Assembly (NCBI GenBank): GCA_951406725.2
Contig: OX597832.1
Location: 44,640,001-44,704,000 of the forward strand
Source: Octopus vulgaris
Taxonomy: Eukaryota
DNA length: 64,000 bases
Direction: 5' to 3'
The notes under the pieces were generated by a model, which saw nothing but the letters and a program-made list of their open reading frames with translations, was not told where the DNA came from and did not search any database. Position numbers and translations under genes: made by a program. This document shows positions 38,381-51,990 of the stretch, one piece after another. Position 1 is the first letter of the stretch. Every line of letters starts with the position of its first letter.

Positions 38381-39051
38381 ACGACATGCAACTGTTCCTC
38401 TTCCTTTGATTAGCTGATAAAGAGGATAAGATAAACCTAAAATCCACATTGATAATATCTTCAATTACCAAGACTAAAGTAGTGTTTTATCACATTAGGA
38501 AACCGTTAGAGGAAAGTATACAAGTTAGTTAAAATGATAGTCAACTGCATAAAGCTTTGTAAGGTTGGCTGTTAATGCAATATCAATTTCAACAGTTACT
38601 TAAATAATTAACTAAACACCATACGGATGATAGAAGCAATATAGAGAAAATGAAAAAAGAATTTGAAACAGAGCTAATGTCCAGTAATAACTCAGTGAGT
38701 GATGTGGTTAACAAAACAAACTGATAAAACATAATAAATATTATCAGTAATTTTACTGGTATTCATTGAGTGATGAGCTGTACCTTCATTTAATAGATAA
38801 CATTGATTTAGATAACGAAAAAACCCCCTAGCATTGCTTGACAACCAATGCTGGTGTGTTTACTTCCCTGTAACTTAGTGGTTCGGCAAAAGAGACCGAT
38901 AGAATAAGTACTGGGCTTACAAAAGAATAAGTCCCGGGGTCGAGTTGCTCGATTAAAGGCGATGCTCCAGCATGGCCACAGTCAAATGACTGAAACAAGT
39001 CAAAGAGTTCTATTTCATTCCAGTATTTGGAAGTATATACTGAATGTTTAA

Positions 39052-39270
39052 CCCTTTAGTGTTTAAACCGGCCATATCCAGCCCAAATAATCTACCTGTT
39101 TTCTGTTAAAACTGCCCAGATTTGGTATCTCACACCAACCTCTAATGTCAATCTAAAAACAGGTGATAACATCATCGAAATCTTAAAGCTACGAAATAAT
39201 GCATGATTAGCTTAAAACAATATGGATGAATAAATATTATATTTGACAGAATAATCTGAATGCGAAAGGG
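39052..39270. mobile_element. piggyBac-type MITE (family 2)
   Basis: TTAA|CCCTTT ... AAAGGG|TTAA; copy at 42484-42702 and decayed copies at ~62575-62965. Confidence 0.8.
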
Positions 39271-39779
39271 TTAAGACCGACAATTTTGAAACGATTTTAG
39301 TTTTACTATTACCAACAGTTATTCTACAAATGCGTGGTTTTATGCCCTACTTTGGAATTTAAAAATCCTAGTAAATGTGCACATTTGCAGAGAGCAAGTA
39401 AAAACCACATCAGCTAAATTAATCAGTTGATAACAGCTGAAGGAGAAAAAATGTGTGTTAACTGAAGATAATCCGACAAAGTGTTTCATCAGAGTTTGCT
39501 GTGATTGTTTAAAGTAGGAAAGTAATTGCCATGATTAAATTTCATGGGTGGGTTGCTTACTTCAAAGGCGTAGGTTAAGTGGCAAACAAGACATCTTCAA
39601 ACAATTTTTGATATAATATTGATAAAATAAGCTACATCAGTCATTTTAACAGGGTCGAGATGGCTGTATATTAACAGAACTTGTGATGGGCATATGCAAA
39701 AAAAAAAAAAAAAAAAGTAATTTTTGTTTAGGTTTCACTTCAATATAATTGTTAATTATAGCAGAGTGTTTGATCATAC

Positions 39780-40178
39780 TCTCTCTTTCAGTCATTTGAC
39801 TGCGGCCATGCTGGAGCACCGCCTTTAGTTGAGCAAATTGACCCCCAGGACTTATTCATTGTTAGCCCAGTACTTATTCTATAGGGTTCCTTTTACCGAA
39901 CCGCTAAGTTACGGGGATGTAAACACATCAGCATCGGCTGTCAAGCGATGTTGGGGGGACAAACACAGACACACAAACATATACACACACATACATATAT
40001 ATATACATATATACGAAGGGCTTCTTTCAGTTTCCATCTACCAAATCCACTCACAAGGCTTTGTTCGGCCCGAGGCCATAGTAGAAGGCACTTGCCCAAG
40101 GTGCCACGCAGTGGGACTGAACCCGGAACCATGTGGCTCGTAAGCAAGCTACTTACCACACAGCCACTCCTACGCCTA
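39780..40178 (-). mobile_element. CORE-type SINE family A
   Basis: Reverse copy. Further copies: 47135-47543(-), 51229-51600(+), 52715-53107(-), 58738-59140(+), 59493-59880(+), 63160-63520(-). Confidence 0.9.
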
Positions 40179-41953
40179 TCATAGCACCGAATTCTTAGCA
40201 TTTTGTACATAGTAGTTAACTGGTAAAACACATATTGTATAACGCATTCAACAAGGAAATATATAGACTGTAATATAATCTAGAATGAAGAAATAAAGCA
40301 TATTTCTTTCCATTAGTCAGTGCTCACCTTGAGCGAAGGAGAGATTGCACAGCCAAAACCTTCCAGCCAGAGTCATAGTTTAAATTCCAAAATGAAGGAT
40401 ATTGAATGACTGAGATAGTAGAAGTGCTTTTAATAGGGTTTTAATAGACAACACAGTCACAATGGTTGGCAGAAAGTCATGTGATAAAACAAAGGTGAGC
40501 AACATTTAGTCCTACCAACAAGCTATGAGTGGAAAATGTAAAGCTTGAGTCAACACTGGCTCCATTTGATTTTGCATGAAGGGATCATAAGGGATCAAAA
40601 TGTGAAAAAGGAATTGCATCATTTGATTATAGAGGGTAGAAATTAATTAGCTTTATCATTCATCATCATCATCATCGTTTAACGTCCGTTTTCCATGCTA
40701 GCATGGGTTGGATGGTTCAACTGGGGTCTGGGAAGCCAGAAGGCTGCACCAGGCTCCAGTCTGATCTGGCAGTGTTTCTACAACTGGATGCCCTTCCTAA
40801 CGCCAACCACTCCGTGAGTGTAGTGGGCGCTTTTTACGCGCCACCGGCACAGGTGCCAGGGGAGACTGGCAGTGGCCACGATCGGTTGGTGCTTTTAACG
40901 TGCCACCGGCACGGGGGCCAGGGGAGACTGGCAGTGGCCACGATCGGTTGGTGCTTTTAACGTGCCACCGGCACGGGGGCCAGACGAGTCTGGCAATGGC
41001 CACAATCAGGTGGTGCTTTTTACATGCCACCAGCACGGAGGCCAGTCGGGGCAGTGCTGGCAACGGCCACGTTCGGATGGTTCTCTTACGTGCCACTGGC
41101 ACTGGTATCACAGCTACAATTTCCATTGATGTTGATTGATTTATATCTAGGGATATGACAAAGGCAGATGTCTGTAAACTAATTAAGTAATGATATTTCA
41201 ATATGAAATTCTATCATGGCTGAATAAAAATAATTGTCAAAATAAATTCTCAAGTTCACCTCTTAGAAGAAGTACTGGAATGACACAAGAAAGTAACAGA
41301 AGACAAGAAATATTACAGAGGATGGAAGCAATCAATAGCAAATATATAGAAAGATATTTAAGTGACATTTATGGTTATCTGGTGTAGCTAAACTTGGATT
41401 AGGGAAAAAAATATATCTTTTCTTTGAAAAGTCTGTCACTTAACAACTAGAAAAATCATCTTAAAAAAAATTGTTTTAACAAGTCAGAACTAATTACGAA
41501 GACATCATAACAGCTATTTCTTTTTTTTTTTTTTCGAGTTTAAATGAGGGAGGAAAAGAGGGGGAAAAAAGAAAAGTAGAATGGTGAGAGAAATTACGAA
41601 AATTTCTATTATCATATTTTTATACAAATATTTTTGGATGATAGAGTTTATCAAGTGTGGGAGAAGAAAAAAACAAAAAAAAAAACAACCTATTTCTGTG
41701 GCTGTTTGAAGAAAGAAAAGTAATAGCAGATATTTTCGAACGTATTCATTGTTCTGAAGTTACTTATTCCTCTGAGATTAAGAGAAATTATATTGAAGTA
41801 ATTTTACAACACCGTTACCTATTTTGGGTGAGTGTAGTGCAGTGCACGTGAGTGTTTTAGTGAATATATCTATTTGTTTATGGGAGACAACACTTAAGGC
41901 GACCATGCCACAGTCAATAACAATCTAATACCATTTACACGAGATATATTGAG

Positions 41954-42320
41954 ATATATATAAATGGCAAAATGTCTGTGTGTGTGTGTGTGTGTCCTTT
42001 ATACAAATCCACAAATTTTCAGTTAGAGGGCTCGCACTTTCTATGGTCATTCAAAACTGTCCAAGGGTGGTCGTACACATCTTTACATTTCCCCAGTCAC
42101 CCCACAACGCCATTAAAAAATCAATAGAAGTGACTTTTTTGTGAATTTTCTATCAAAAACCCAATCAAAATGCCCGAAACTTGATACGCCAATTGAATGC
42201 CAGCTAGCTGTATGTGATTGGTCGGAGATTTGGACAGTACTTGCATGTATGTGTGCATGCACGCAGCTGTATATGCATGCACTAGCACTATGACCAGGCG
42301 TTGCCAGGTCATAGTGCTAG
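41954..42320 (+). mobile_element. Non-autonomous Helitron (family H1)
   Basis: 5' TATATATAAA followed by (TG)n; 3' hairpin ending CTAG|T; homologous to 54445-54806. Confidence 0.75.
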
Positions 42321-42483
42321 TTTGTTATATATGTAAGGATATAAATGTGCAATGAGTGGAATAATGAACTGAGATTGGTCATAAGTAAAGTAAATCTGGA
42401 TAAACCAGTTGAATCTAAGTGAATGAGGGAAACAATTAGGTATTTGAGGTGTTTGACATTGTCAAGGAAAAAGAAACTATTAA

Positions 42484-42702
42484 CCCTTTAGTATTTAAAC
42501 TGGCCATATCCGGCCAAAATAGTTAATCTGTTTTACGTTCAAACTGACCAGATCCAGGCTCTCACACCTACCCTACAATGTTATTCCACATTAAGTAATT
42601 ACACCATCAAGATCTTGAAGATATGAGATAATGCATGATTAATTCAAATCAATGGGAATCAATAAGCATTATGTTTGATAGAATAATCAGAACACTAAAG
42701 GG
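42484..42702. mobile_element. piggyBac-type MITE (family 2)
   Basis: TTAA TSDs; TIR CCCTTTAGT / ACTAAAGGG. Confidence 0.8.
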
Positions 42703-44244
42703 TTAAACATGATTAGAACAAAGTGGAAGTATTTTGCAAGTTGTTGTTTAGTCCCAGGTGTATTTTAATTAAGCAGATCCATGAATAAAAGGCATCCAAG
42801 ATCACTCCAGCTTTTTTTTTTTTTTTCCCATTTTTGTAGGACCTCTGTCAGTCAATGTTAACCATGCATCTGTCCGTATATGTGCAAGCAGGGGCAAGAT
42901 TTTTTTTTTTTTTGAGCAAGGCTAGCAGTCACCCCCATGCTTGCAAATCTCTCTTCTTCACACCACTGGCGCTTACTTAAGACAACGGCCACTGACATGG
43001 ACTGATGCAGCTTGTCACCAGTGTTGTCACAGGCATTGCTATCAAAATGCAAGGAGCCAGAACAAATACTTGCCCGGCCCTCTAAAAGTTTTGCCAATCC
43101 ACTGCCCTGAATAAATATTTTTATAACTGACCCCAAAAGGATGGAAGTCAAAAGTTGATCTCAGCAAGATTTCAACTCAGAATGCAGGCAATCAGAACAA
43201 CAACTGCAAATCATTTTATCCAACACTTTAGTGACTCAGCCAATCTGATCTACCTTTTTTTTTTTTATTTTTAAGGCATGTGGGACCACGTTATCTGATG
43301 TGTCCTTTTTAAATAGTTGAGTGTGATTTGAAAGAAATTTGACAGTAGCTGTCAAATTTCTTTCAAAGCTTGGGGCTATAGTAGAACTAGCCCAAGGTGC
43401 CATGCAATGGGACGGAACCTGAAGCCATGTGGTTGGGAAACAAGCTTCTTATCACACGGCCATGCCTGCTCCTCATAAATTTCATACATGATAAAGCAGA
43501 CAGCTACCGACACATGGAAATTATAGATGTATCTCTAAGCCTGATTCGATTTCACATCAGCTGGACAGACAGTGCAGAAAATTCTCATGGCAAAGCAGAC
43601 AGATGTAGTTTGAGAAGTTTGGTTTTTTGTGAGTGACGAAGGATAAGTACCAAAAAGCAGTTGCAGAGGAAGAGATTGTTTTGAAGACATGTCAAACAGG
43701 AACAAAAAGCAAAGCAAAAGATGTTAAACCACTTATAGTGGCCCATGATGACATTGTAAGTAAACAAGGGAAGCCAAACTCGAAATACCTTTGTTCTATT
43801 TGTTTGATAAGAAATTTAATTTGAGATTCTGTATTGAAACTAAGAGCTTCACTGCGATAGAATAATTTAATACACACGCACACACACACACACCGAAGTA
43901 CACATGATCTTACATTTACTTCTTGCATTATATATTTCAATAAAATGGAATGGAATATTATGCAAATAGCCTGTAAATGCATCATGAAAGAATTTAATAC
44001 TTAATAATTTTCAAAAAAAAAAAAACCCCAAAAACCAAAAAAAAAAAAAACCAAAAAAAAAAAAACAATAATGTAATAGAACAGTAAATCTATGTTTTAA
44101 ATAGCTAATATGGCTACTAAGATGGATCTTGAAACCACCAGAATATACCACTAATTCAATAGCTTTCAAAACATACTATACCAGAATCTCTTTTGCTCTC
44201 TTTATACATAAATATATGTGGACACCTATAAATGCATTTATACG

Positions 44245-44286
<42 letters not shown>

Positions 44287-45688
44287 AGGGAGAATATGCT
44301 TTATTTATTCCATTAAAACCATATATGAATATGGTGCCTTCTTGAAAGAACTGGTTTCCTTGTTTCATGAGCTAGAGCAATAAATATTGGCTTTCTTTCT
44401 GTAGTAGGTATTGGCTTTCTTTCTGAGAGCCGGGGCATTAATACGGCTAACACAATCTGACACGAACTGATCTAATCAACCCATTTACTTTACTTTGGAG
44501 AGAAAACTGCCACCACCACCAAAAAAAAAAAAATAAAGAATAAATAAAAGACAAGGCATTGCAAATATGAAAATCTTGAAAAAAAAGAAAAAAAAAAAGA
44601 AAAGAAAAAGTATAGTTTCAATGCCTTATATTTTGGATACATAAAACAACCAAAATTTTGATAGAAAAAAGGCATCATATTGAAAGAAAAATCTTATGAA
44701 AAAACAAAATAGAGAATATATACTTTTTAATGATGTAAGTAGCTGAAATACTGAGTAAACGGAACATGGTATAGAAGTGAATATAGTTTATTGTAAAGAA
44801 AATATTTCCATAATGGAATAAATGGAATCAGTCAATAAATACTTAAGTTGCTTAACATTAACTTTTCAACACAGGATTGAATGAATATATATTGGATTAC
44901 TAGCTTAACATTGTGGAGTTGCAAGTGTTTTGTAATGTCTGTGAGTAGATGGCATCAGCTCACATATGTGTGGGGGGAAAATAGGTATCTGATCTCCTGG
45001 GAATAGTATACCTGTGAACCGGCTTTCATTTTGCTCAATTAACTTAATGATACTGAAACAAGAATCGAGCATCGACTTCCTGAGCCCGTATAACCTGCAT
45101 AGACAAATATAATCTTCTCCTAAGACCTTTTAGTGGAACGGCGCTAAGTCTAACACAGTAAGACTATAAGAAGTGCAAAAAGAATAGAAAAAAAAACATC
45201 AACCTTCCATTCTAAGATATATGAAGAAATTTAAGAAGCAAAACTTTCCTGAATAATTCATTTGGTAGGAAACTGAGGATAAAGATTATGTAATTACTGA
45301 TACTTTTTTTCTCTCCTTTTACTTGTTTCAGTCAGTGGCCATGCTGGGGCACCGCTGTGAAGTGGTTAATCAAACAAATCGACCCCAGTACTTATATTGA
45401 AGTCTGGTACTTATTCTATTGCTCTCTTTTGCTGGACCGCTAAGTTACAGGGGTGTAAACAAACTGATACCAGTTGTCAACTAGTGGAGGAGGAAACACA
45501 GACACACACAATAGGTTTCCATACAGTTTCTGTCTACCAAATTCACTGATAAGAATTATTCTTGATGTTAAGAAAAAAAAAAAGAAAAAACAATACAGAA
45601 AATGAGTCAAATAGGAAGTCTTAAGGTCACCTGACCTACAAGAAATAGCAACCAAATTTCTTTCAATCTGAAATATTTTTATCATTAA

Positions 45689-45909
45689 CCCTTTCATTAC
45701 CGTATTTATTTTGAGATGCTCTGTGTTTCTTTCAATTGTTTTAAATATAACAAAGAATTTAGTAAAATAACTTTGTTACCATTAAGCCAGTGTTAGGAAC
45801 ATAAATTTTAACTAAGATTTGGTGGAAGATTTGAATTCAAAACTTATGAAAACAAGACATTTATACTAAAGAGTCAGAGCCGGTTTCAGCCGGGTTGGTA
45901 ATGAAAGGG
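45689..45909. mobile_element. piggyBac-type MITE (family 1)
   Basis: TTAA TSDs; TIR CCCTTTCATTACC / GGTAATGAAAGGG. Confidence 0.85.
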
Positions 45910-48252
45910 TTAAGCTCCTAATCAGAGCTGATCAGGGGCTAAACAACATCACTACTCAGTTAAGCGATTTTAGGATATGTTACAATACAAACTGAACTGA
46001 ATTAAAAGACCAGACCTTGAATGTATTTTTCCAGATTCCTGTGATGACTTAGTATATAAATTGTGGTGCACCTGAGCACTGTATACAATAATTTCATTAT
46101 TATTATTATTATTATTTTAATACAAATTGGTGAAGATATTGACATTAGCACATTGCTGTCCTATAAGAAAGCTGTTTGATGAATATAAGTGCTGAAACCT
46201 AATGAGTGAAAATAAATTCTAAGTGTTCAATCTACAGAAAATCTACATAAATGAAAATATAGCACCTAAGCTAAACTAGAAAATATACCTACATAAAAAG
46301 AAAGAAAAAATGTGCAAGTAAGCACTTAAGACGAGATCAATACATTTTGGTTAGGACAAGAAATATTACTAAGTTACCAGTTTTGGTTTGAAATATTCTA
46401 ATCTAACTTTTTTTTTCTCTCTAAATAATAAAATATAACATAAAAGATGTGTATTTTAACTCTTAAAAAAAAGTTTTACAAGGCGTTCTGAGGATTGAAG
46501 CTTGCAGTGGTAACAAACTGTTCTCTTCCCAGGTCCACAGGTTCTTTTCCCTTGGGAAAGTGGTCTGTGGATGTTGTCTGCGAGTAGATTATAATAAAAC
46601 TAATTTATTTTTAATAAATGGCTTTTTCTAAAAAATATAAAGATGCTGGTTAATGTTATGTGATAGAATGATATTCAAATTATATATCAGAAAAGTTGTA
46701 CTGATTATGAAGATGTCATACCAATGTATGATAAATTTCAGTAGTTAGTGTGTGGTTAAAATTCTAAAATCACAGCCTTTTTTTTTTGTTTTTCATGTAC
46801 TGGTTTCGCCTGGAAAAACTGGCTGTGCTCATTGTCTTCATGGGTACTCCTTTTGGGGCTGGTAAAATAAAGTACCAGTGAAGTACTGAGATCACTGTAA
46901 CACACGCTCTCCCCTTGAAATTGCGGGCTTTGTGTCAAAATTAGAAAGAATTATTTGTAATACAGAACTGCTTCTTTGGTTCACAAATATTCAGTCAATA
47001 TTTCCATAAGATAATTTTTCAAGTCAAAAAATCAAAGACAACTCATCCCTTTATTGCTATTCCAAGTACCTGACCATTACTAGCCTTATTCAGCTTTGTC
47101 ATTAACATATTTTCAAGGGTCTAACTACCTCTCTTTACTCTTTTCTCTTTTACTTGTTTCAGTCATTTGACTGCGGCCATGCTGGAGCACCACCTTTAGT
47201 CGAGCAAATCGACCCCGGGACTTATTCTTTGTAAGCCCAGTACTTATTCTATCGGTCTCTTTTGCCAAACCGCTAAGTGACGGGGACGTAAACACACCAG
47301 CATCGGTTGTCAAGCAATGCCAGGGGGACAAACACAGACACAAACACACACATATATATATATATATACATACATATATATGATGGGCTTCTTTCAGTTT
47401 CCGTCTACCAAATCCACTCACAAGGCATTGGTTGGCCCGGGGCTATAGCAGAAGACACTTGCCCAAGATGCCACGCAGTGGGACTGAACCCGGAACTATG
47501 TGGTTGGTTAGCAAGCTACTTACCACACAGCCACTCCTGCGCCTGTTGCTCTTAAAAATTTTTTTTTTTAGGAGTCTTATTTTAGAGTTAGACAAGTACA
47601 GCTATGCAGTTTAGAAGTTTGTTTCCCAACCACATTGAGCTGACCAAAGCCTCGTTAAATGAATTTGGTTAGCAGAAACTAAAAGCAACTCCTCAATTGT
47701 GTGAGCATGCGTCCCCTTGTCTTGACATTACATGATTATAGTAGTGTCGAAGGCGGCGAGCTGGCAGAAACATTAGCACGCTGGGCGAAATGCGTAGCCG
47801 TATTTCGTCTGTCATTACGTTCCGAGTTCAAATTCCGCCGAGGTCAACTTTGCCTTTCATCCTTTTGGGGTTGATAAATTAAGTACCAATTACGCACAGG
47901 GGTCGATGTAATCGACTTAATTCCTTTGTCTGTCCTTGTTTGTCCCCTCTGTGTTTAGCCCCTTGTGGGTAGTAAAAAAGAAAGATCGTAGTAGTGTCAT
48001 TCATTTCTAATATTGTGTGAAAATATGTCTGGCCATGATGAAATGTAACTTGGCTTGGAAACAGATATGGGTTGGCGACAGGAAGGGCTTTTGGCTGTAG
48101 ATCTGTCTCAACAGACACTGCCTGGCCCATGCAAGCATGGAAATGTGGGTTCTGAAACAATGATAATGATGACGATGACAACTAACTGTATTTACAGTAA
48201 AGTAGTAGTTACCTCATTTCTTCCAGACCCAATGTTATTTTAATATAATACC

Positions 48253-48656
48253 TATTTCTTTATTACCCACAAGGGGCTAAACATAGAGGGGACAAACAAG
48301 GACAGACATAGGTATTAAGTTGATTACATCGACCCCAGTGCATAACTGGTACTTAACTTATCGACCCCGAAAGGATGAAAGGCAAAGTTAACCGTGACAG
48401 AATTTGAACTCACAACGTAACGGCAGACGAAATGCCTATTTCTTTTCTACCCACAAGGGGCTAAACACAGAGAGGACAAACACACGGATTAAGTCAATTA
48501 TATCGACCCCAGTGCGTAACTGGTACTTATTTAATTGACCCCGAAAGGATGAAAGGTAAAGTCGACCTCGGCGGAATTTGAACTCAGAACGTAACAGCAG
48601 ACGAAATACCGGTAAGCATTTCGCCCGGCGTGCTAACGTTTTGCCAGCTCGCCACC
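48253..48656 (-). mobile_element. SINE family B dimer bounded by one 16 bp TSD; an opposite-strand monomer lies at 47751-47980
   Basis: ATTTTAATATAATACC at 48237-48252 and 48657-48672. Confidence 0.85.
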
Positions 48657-50458
48657 ATTTTAATATAATACCAAACTACCAATAGGCCGACCTTGGTGCT
48701 GATTAGGTTGTTACAGTAACAACATCTAACTATACTAAATGAACCATCACAGCAGTTCACAGCCTTCAAACCATGGCTGCTGTCCCTATTGGTTGCACCA
48801 GTAGTATATTTAATGAACTTAAACTGATGATTCACTGTTGCTAGCTTCCTCATCTTGTTTTCATTGATTGCATGGTCTACATCATAGTATTGAGTGTCTA
48901 TTGACTTTTTTTTACTACATTCTCTTCAGGACCAATTACCAGTAGTTTTTCAAGTGTGGTATAAAAGTGATAATATCTATTATTCAACCAATACTTAACT
49001 GATAACCATGTTGACTTTCAGTTTTCATAACCAGAGTCCATATTCTCCTGCAATGCTAATATTGATTCAGTGATAAAAACTAAGCCATCTTCTAGGTTCT
49101 TCCAGCAGCCTAGATTCAGCTATTATGACATTAAGGACTACAGAAGTGAGAAGGGCGATCAAAACAATTTTCTCAACATTTTCATTTCATCTTTCTTACC
49201 ATCATGTTTTAACACATTCGTCTATACTGAGAAGTGTCCACGAAACAGAATTTCTCTTAGCATTTTTCTGTTATGTGAGCTTATTTTCCTCAATTCTAAC
49301 TTAATTACATTTCCTGAGCTCTTCCTCAAAATGTGCTGCAGTTTTGGTGAAGGTGCCAAATCCAAAAGTAATTTCTTTTTTTTTGTATTCTCTCTGAAAA
49401 CATTTTGCATGCACAACTCATAAATCAACATTTTCCTCTCTTCATGTGCCATGCCTACAGGAGTTGGCAATTATGCCAAAGCCTGAAGATTCATGATTTT
49501 TTCAAGAGAAACGTATGGCAATTCTTTTCCCATAGTCTTCTGCTGGTATATATTTTTCAATTTACTGTTAGTCTCCTGCTCTCCTGAGCTTACTTTTGAG
49601 GTGCAGGCCAATTTAATCCTTAGGCAGAGAGACTGGTTCACATGACAGGTGACATTCGCATGCAAGTGGGTGTGTGTGACATATCAAGATGACAGCCGCC
49701 CACCAAGTCCTGTCTGTATGCCTTAGCCACACAACCATCTTCTGCTATTTGACCGCACTTGATTGAAAATTTTTAAATCATTGCATTACATATGTAAGAT
49801 GGTGCTCCCTAATTTACAATCTTGATTGAATGAAGCAATCAAAATTGCCATGTTGACCTTTAGATCTGTAGAACATAATCTTTTTTATCTTTTAACCACT
49901 GGTCTTAAAGAATTAAGTGACTTCATATCTTGAACGGTATTTTGAAAACAGCAATGAAATAATTTTGTAAACTGATAATAATAATAATAACAACAACAAA
50001 AATTTCTAGTGGTATTCTCTTATTTACATTTGCATAACATCTAATATTAAAATGAAATGAATTGAACTGAAATATGAGAAAAGTAAATTTATTTTGAATC
50101 CAATATGCAAAATAACTGGAAGGCATAAATTTCCCAAATATAAGAAAATCAATAGAGACTTCATAACTAATCAAAAGAAAGCAACTGTCGTACAGAACCG
50201 ATGAATTCAGTATTAACTGAAATATTGTTTATTTTGTTCTGTGTACACACAAAAATTTCAATCTAGATTGTTTTAAACATTTAAAAGAGAATGTTTTTCT
50301 AGGATGTCTTCAAATAATAATCCTGAATTTATGTTTAAAGGTTTTTGTATCATATCAAAGAATTACAATGCAAAAATCTATAAAACTTCGAACATTAATG
50401 TAAGAGAGTTGAGAAATATGTAAACAAGGTATCTCAAAGTGAATTCAGCTTTTAATAA

Positions 50459-50971
50459 TCTATATATATAAAACTGTAGTTGTGTGAGTGTCTGTCCCCT
50501 TCGATTTAGATTCCTAACTACTCCCACATTTTGCGGTGCAGTTTAACCAAATTCGGGTATCTTATAGTCGTGATTCATATCGAGCCCGTCTGAGTATTAG
50601 CGCGCGTCTACGATGAGTCTACGATTTTAAAAATAATTTAACATCATTTTTTATTCCATTTTAATGCATAATTTTTCGTGTGTCGATGGCGGCGGAGTTG
50701 GCGTCCACGCTCACAGCTGCACCTGTTTGCTTCTCCCCCTTCTTCCCTCCCTCGTGAAGCTGTAGGGAAGGGAGTGTAAGGAAATCAACGTCGTAAAGCA
50801 TTGTCAAGGAGACCAGCGTTCTTTTAGAACAACGACTTCATGGCTAGAAGACACCAAATCAGAAATGGCTAAGAAAGCCCGAATTGGCATCTATAAAGGA
50901 AGTAACTCTCTAAAATTGCTTATATAGTTATTTCCCTTACAAACCCAAGCAACGCCGGGCGATACTGCTAG
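50459..50971 (+). mobile_element. Non-autonomous Helitron (family H2)
   Basis: A|TC start, subterminal hairpin CCCAAGCAACGCCGGG, CTAG|T end, no TSD. Confidence 0.85.
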
Positions 50972-51619
50972 TTATATATAATCCATTGGTTTAAAAACCC
51001 ATGGATGGAAAAAAAACCCAAAAAGGTAGAAAGCTATCTATGAGACTTGAACCATGTATCTTCTGCAACCCAGACAGATGCGCTACAAATTACATGAAAG
51101 CTACTTTCCAGCTTTCATCCATCTAAATTAGATACTTTGATCTTACAAGCGAGACAGTGAGTCCGTTTACATTTAGAACTTAGATGTAGAAGCATTAAGA
51201 AATAGGTAAATAAGTCTTTATATATGATGTAGGAGTGGCTGTGTGGTAAGTAGCTTGCTTACCAACCACATGGTTCCGGGTTCAGTCTCACTGCGTGGCA
51301 CCTTGGGCAAGTGTCTTCTACTATAGCCTCGGGCAGACCAAAGCCTTGTGAGTGGATTTGGTAGACGGAAACTGAAAGAAGCCCGTCGTATATATGTATA
51401 TATATATATGTGTGTGTGTATGTTCGTGTGTCTGCTTTTGTCCCCCCAAAGTCGTTTGACAACCGATGCTGGTGTGTTTACGTCCCCGTAACTTAGCGGT
51501 TCGGCAAAAGAGAGCGATAGAATAAGTCCTTGGGGTCGATTTGCTCAACTAAAGGCGGTGCTCCAGCATGGCCACATTCACATGACTAAAACAAGTAAAA
51601 AAAAAAAAAAGTAAAAAAG

Positions 51620-51990
51620 TATGTCTCTTCAGCGAGATAGAGACTAGAAGTAGATCTCATGGGTGTCCAAAATTTTGTTTCCATGATCATCTCCAGCAGT
51701 CTATCTTCTTACATGGTATCCCTCCCAATTGGTTGAAGCCCCTGGTTGTTAATCAGAAGGCATTGGGGATCCGTGTGTGATGCTGGAGTGAAACACTTTG
51801 AAACCAAATGTAAGAGACAAAATGAAGAGAGGAGGTGACATCATTAACCCCCTGTGACTTTAGTTTGGGGTCACTTTCAGTGCCCTCAGTGCCAGAGGAT
51901 CTGCTTAACTTGAATCAGTCTTGTTAGCCACGTTCACTCCCATGAGAAATAATGTGCTGGACGTGGACGAGGATGAATGTCATCACTTTT
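51620..51990 (+). pseudogene. Decayed RTE (BovB-like) LINE C-terminus
   Basis: ...AGVKHFETKC... and a terminal C2H2 finger FQCPQCQRICLT*ISLVSHVHSH. Confidence 0.55.
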
